Assembly (NCBI GenBank): GCA_949286465.1
Contig: CASECI010000003.1
Location: 1 to 63,054, forward strand
Reading direction: 5' to 3'
DNA from: an uncultured Alphaproteobacteria bacterium
Lineage (GTDB): Bacteria; Pseudomonadota; Alphaproteobacteria; CAAHEQ01; UBA3637
Length of the DNA stretch: 63,054 nucleotides
Shown: positions 59,373 through 63,054 of the stretch, piece after piece
Layout of the letters: every line of letters begins with the position of its first letter
How positions within the stretch are numbered: the stretch's first letter is position 1
Made by a program: the position numbers and the translations under genes
Notes under the pieces: generated by a model
What the model was told of the DNA's origin: nothing
What the model saw: the letters and a program-made list of their open reading frames with translations, nothing else
Database searches by the model: none

Positions 59373-61085
59373 ATGCGCTGTTTGATTTTTGTTGGGTTAA
59401 TTATAACCTGTTTTATTAACGTATCTTTTGCTCAACATACACAAGTATTAACTCTTTCTGATCAGGCTCTTTATGAGGAAATTTTTGAATTACAAGAAAA
59501 AGAACGTTGGTCTGAAGCAGATAAGAAAATAGCTCAACTCCAAGATAAATCTTTGATGGGGCATGTCCTAGCTAATCGTTATTTTTCTGTGACATATCGG
59601 ACGAAAGCGTCAGAGATAGAAAAGTGGTTTAAATTATATGCAGATCATCCACAAGCTGTTCGTATGTATGCTCTTGGACAAAAGAAAAAGGCAAAATTAC
59701 CGCGCCAAAAACCTAAGCCTCTTTTTGGAAGTAGAAGTGGAACTTGTTCTGTTGTTTTTCGTGCAGAACCAATAGACTCAATTGAAAATTTATCTTTTTC
59801 TTATTTGGGAGGAGAGCGCCGGAAAACTGCACAAAAAACAATGCGCCAAATTGCAAAATATATAAAGGCAGGTAAGACGCTGAATGCTAAGCAGCTTATT
59901 TATAGCAAAGAGGCTAAGAATTTATTTAATAAAAGAGATCATGATGCAGCTCATATCGCTTTAGCATTCTCTTATTTTTTGGATGGGATGGATGATCGAG
60001 TTGTTTCAGAAGCTGTTCCAGCCGTTAAACGCTCCGGTCATTTATTGCCTTTAGGCGACTGGACATTAGGCCTTTCATACTGGCGAACAGGCGATATAGA
60101 AGCAGCAGCGTATCACTTTGATAAGGTTGCTCATCATAATCGAGCTTATCCTCTATTAAAAGCGGCGGGGGCTTTTTGGGCGAGTAGAGCTAATTTGAAA
60201 TTAGGTAATTTTGCGGTTGTTAATTCTTATTTAGAAATAGCAGCTCAGCATCCTAGAACTTTCTATGGTATTTTAGCAACACACGCCTTAGGACGTGATT
60301 TAAACATGGCATGGGATAAGCCAGTTCTTCCAGAAGATGAGGTTACAGAATCTTTTTCGCATCCAACCTTTGAACGTGTTTTAGCTTTAAAACAGATAGG
60401 TCAAGATAAACTTGCAAATCAAGAATTAACAGCATTGTTTTTACGTGCTGATAGATCGACGAAGGCATTATTATCTGCAGTAGCAGAAAAGAATGGCTTA
60501 GCAGAAGATTTAACCTTAATTTCAGGAGAATTAGATGATGATGAAGCAGGTCGTTATCCGGCTCCGAATTGGACGCCACAAAATGGATGGAAGGTTGATA
60601 AGGCTTTAGTTTTTGCTTTTGTTAAGCAAGAATCCTGTTTTAATGCAAGAGCGACAAGTAGTGCAGGAGCTGCAGGACTTATGCAAATTATGCCTGACAA
60701 TGCTAGAGAGTTAGCAAAGTCTTTAGGAATGGAATGGGATAAGAAGCGATTAAATGAGCCAGAATATAATTTAGCTTTAGGTCAACAATATATTTTATGG
60801 TTGATGAGAGATCGAAATATTCAAAATAACTTAATTTTTACAGCGATGGCCTACAACTCGGGTCCAGGTAGTTTAATTAAGTTAAAGAAAAGAATGAAAT
60901 ACAATGATGATCCTTTATTGTTTATCGAGAGTATTCCATTTAGAGAAACACGAGGCTTTGTTGAACGAATTATGGCTAATTATTGGATATATCGGACATT
61001 GATGAATCAACCTGTTTTTTCAATGGATAATCTAATAGAGGGTAAATGGCCCACATATGTAGCTTTAGATCACCCAGAGAATTAA
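59373..61085 (+). CDS. Soluble lytic murein transglycosylase (Slt-like)
   Basis: 570 aa with a signal peptide, a helical N-terminal superhelix region and a C-terminal SLT domain (VKQESCFNARATSSAGAAGLMQIMP...AYNSGPG). Confidence 0.82.
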   Translation: MRCLIFVGLIITCFINVSFAQHTQVLTLSDQALYEEIFELQEKERWSEADKKIAQLQDKSLMGHVLANRYFSVTYRTKASEIEKWFKLYADHPQAVRMYALGQKKKAKLPRQKPKPLFGSRSGTCSVVFRAEPIDSIENLSFSYLGGERRKTAQKTMRQIAKYIKAGKTLNAKQLIYSKEAKNLFNKRDHDAAHIALAFSYFLDGMDDRVVSEAVPAVKRSGHLLPLGDWTLGLSYWRTGDIEAAAYHFDKVAHHNRAYPLLKAAGAFWASRANLKLGNFAVVNSYLEIAAQHPRTFYGILATHALGRDLNMAWDKPVLPEDEVTESFSHPTFERVLALKQIGQDKLANQELTALFLRADRSTKALLSAVAEKNGLAEDLTLISGELDDDEAGRYPAPNWTPQNGWKVDKALVFAFVKQESCFNARATSSAGAAGLMQIMPDNARELAKSLGMEWDKKRLNEPEYNLALGQQYILWLMRDRNIQNNLIFTAMAYNSGPGSLIKLKKRMKYNDDPLLFIESIPFRETRGFVERIMANYWIYRTLMNQPVFSMDNLIEGKWPTYVALDHPEN

Positions 61086-61095
61086 AGGAGAAAGC

Positions 61096-61854
61096 ATGAC
61101 AGTTAAGAAGTCTATTTTTATTACAGGAGCATCGAGTGGCTTAGGCAGAGCTTTAGCAATCGCATATGCCCAAGAAGGGATTGTTTTATTTTTATGTGGT
61201 CGGAATAAAGAACGATTATATGATACAGCTGCCATCTGTAAAGAGAAAGGTTCAATTACTTATACTTACTTATTTGACGTTACGGATGCATTTGCTGTTC
61301 AAGAGGCTATTATAAATGCTAATACAGTTCACCCGATAGATTTAGTCATTGCTAATGCAGGAATTTCAGGAGGGGTCTTAGGAGAAGCGGAAGATTCTGT
61401 TCAAACTCGTCAAGTTTTTAACACAAATGTCAATGGCGTATTGAATACAGTTTTACCAGCACTAGAAATTATGAGGAAACGTGGTTCAGGTCAAATAGGA
61501 ATTATTGCTTCAATAGCAGGTTATAGAGGTCTGCCGAGTGCGCCTGCTTATTCTGCAAGTAAATGTTGCGTTAAAGCATGGGGAGAAGCGTTAAGAGGAT
61601 GGCTTTACTCTCAAGGGGTTAAAGTTAATGTTATCTGTCCTGGGTTTATTAAAACGCCTCTTACGGAAGTTAATCGTTTTCCAATGCCATTTTTAATGAC
61701 GCCAGAAAAAGCAGCAAAAAAGATTAAAAGAGGATTAGATAAGAATAAAGCAATTATTTCTTTCCCTTGGCCTATGGCATTAGCCGGGTGGTTTTTAAGT
61801 GCCTTTCCAAGCATTATTATCCACCCTATTTTAAGACATTTACCTAAGAAATAA
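61096..61854 (+). CDS. Short-chain dehydrogenase/reductase
   Basis: 252 aa. Contains TGASSGLGRALA, NAG and YSASK. Confidence 0.85.
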   Translation: MTVKKSIFITGASSGLGRALAIAYAQEGIVLFLCGRNKERLYDTAAICKEKGSITYTYLFDVTDAFAVQEAIINANTVHPIDLVIANAGISGGVLGEAEDSVQTRQVFNTNVNGVLNTVLPALEIMRKRGSGQIGIIASIAGYRGLPSAPAYSASKCCVKAWGEALRGWLYSQGVKVNVICPGFIKTPLTEVNRFPMPFLMTPEKAAKKIKRGLDKNKAIISFPWPMALAGWFLSAFPSIIIHPILRHLPKK

Positions 61855-61880
61855 GAAGGAATCTTTATATAAGGGAAGGG

Positions 61881-63054
61881 TTAAATCAGTGCACAAGCCC
61901 CATTAATATATTCATGACCAGTTGGGCAACAATAGTCTTTTCCTTCATAGTGCGTAACACTTCCATCACAAGTACATCCATCTGACATGTCATATCCTGT
62001 TTGAGGACAATGCCCAGCTAAAGCACATTGAGGTAAGAATACTTCACCACAATTAGTTCCATCGTAAGCACAACGGCGCCCACACAATTCCCCGTTATAA
62101 TAGCATACATTAGGCTCATAAGAGGTCAGATAAAAACATGACATACCCTCATTTCCATGCTGGTCATCTATACAACCGTAATAACCTTTATCAATTGCTA
62201 CATATCCATATACCATCCCATTAGGACATCCGGGGTCTTCACAAGATCCAGCAGCAACTTTACCGGATAAGGTTACATCGATAAAATTACATCTATTACC
62301 ATCTTTCTGATAACAATCTTGGTAATAGGTTCCTTTTGTCGTCGTACAATATACACCTGTTTCAATGTCCTCGCAATATTCTGTTTGAGGATTATAAGTC
62401 ATCCCATTAATACATTTTTGAGAGGAACAATCTCCACAATTTAAAGGATTTGTACAATTTTCACCACATAGATAGCCGTTTTTATAACAAATCCATGTTG
62501 TATAATTATTTGTAGGATAACAGAGCAAATTATTTCCAAAATCACAAGAGCCATAATATATATTTTTATCGCCCCAATACACAAAACTAGCAGAAGAAAG
62601 TATGTTCGTGCATACAGATGGATCACATGTACCATTTTTTTGTGTCAAGTTAGCATCCATTTCTTCGCAAAGAGTTGAATTTGAAAAGCACTTATATATA
62701 TTATCTTTATTCCCATATCTATAACAAGACATGCTATCAATCTGTTTTTTACAACGATAATAGTACCAAGGCCAATTTACAAAAGTAAAAGGTTCTCCTG
62801 TATTACATTCATCAGCGTAGCAGATACCATTAACACAATTTCTTCCTAATGAATCACAATTGTATCCGCATCGTTTATCATTAATATAACAGTCATAATT
62901 CGTCGGGCCTCCTCGGCAATCAATTTTTTGACATACTCCTTCAACAGGCGTATAACCCGATTGACAACACATATCCTCATTTTCAAAATAATAAGGTTTA
63001 TCTTCTGGACATTCACATAATCCTGTTTCTGGGTTTAATATCCTATCATTTTGA
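61881..63054 (-). CDS. Very cysteine-rich secreted/surface-type protein, C-terminal part only (the ORF stays open to the right window edge)
   Basis: The frame has no stop between 62972 and 63054 (..QNDRILNPETGLCECPEDKPYYFENEDMCCQSGY..), so the ATG at 62972 is probably internal. It is about 13% Cys and rich in Y, G and N, with repeated C..NG.C / G.C spacing. Confidence 0.65.
   Translation of the reverse strand, partial: QNDRILNPETGLCECPEDKPYYFENEDMCCQSGYTPVEGVCQKIDCRGGPTNYDCYINDKRCGYNCDSLGRNCVNGICYADECNTGEPFTFVNWPWYYYRCKKQIDSMSCYRYGNKDNIYKCFSNSTLCEEMDANLTQKNGTCDPSVCTNILSSASFVYWGDKNIYYGSCDFGNNLLCYPTNNYTTWICYKNGYLCGENCTNPLNCGDCSSQKCINGMTYNPQTEYCEDIETGVYCTTTKGTYYQDCYQKDGNRCNFIDVTLSGKVAAGSCEDPGCPNGMVYGYVAIDKGYYGCIDDQHGNEGMSCFYLTSYEPNVCYYNGELCGRRCAYDGTNCGEVFLPQCALAGHCPQTGYDMSDGCTCDGSVTHYEGKDYCCPTGHEYINGACALI

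Overview
AT-rich (by eye about 35-40% GC), densely packed chromosomal segment. It looks alphaproteobacterial: ccrM, a CckA-like hybrid kinase, and the conserved gpmI / M23 peptidase / ctpA / yibQ-like / rppH block. The style suggests a compact, possibly host-associated genome. About 85% is ordinary housekeeping: tpiA-secG-kdsA-eno, yajC-secDF, tyrS, prfA-prmC, tsaB-rimI, ppiD-like, rnr, rsmB-like, rlmE, rnhB, uvrA, metK, rpmE, suhB, efp/epmA, ldcA-mpl, slt. I found no rRNA, tRNA, CRISPR array, IS element or prophage.

The accessory content is as follows.
1. A family of very cysteine-rich proteins. Two of them carry a type IV prepilin-like leader: 4624..6609 (which also has a canonical EGF-like module and about 17 CC-doublet repeats) and the partial gene at 1..274. 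A third Cys-rich gene (61881..63054) runs off the right edge, so its N-terminus is not visible.
2. The left-edge copy has a G11 homopolymer 27 nt after its best start codon, which puts that start out of frame. This is either phase variation or a homopolymer sequencing error. A short, methylase-less prepilin peptidase lies at 22797..23567.
3. A Chlamydia-type aaxB/aaxC pair (pyruvoyl arginine decarboxylase plus antiporter).
4. An anaerobic toolkit: nrdD/nrdG plus a flavodiiron protein. nrdD is unusual because it has an in-frame TAG, and its glycyl-radical tail is encoded as a separate 67-aa cistron with its own Shine-Dalgarno (SD) sequence.
5. A six-gene glycan island: a GT10 fucosyltransferase-like gene, GT2, GT4, two CgeB-like paralogues and a ParB/Srx-fold ORF.

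All functional calls come from motif recognition by eye. No database search was run.
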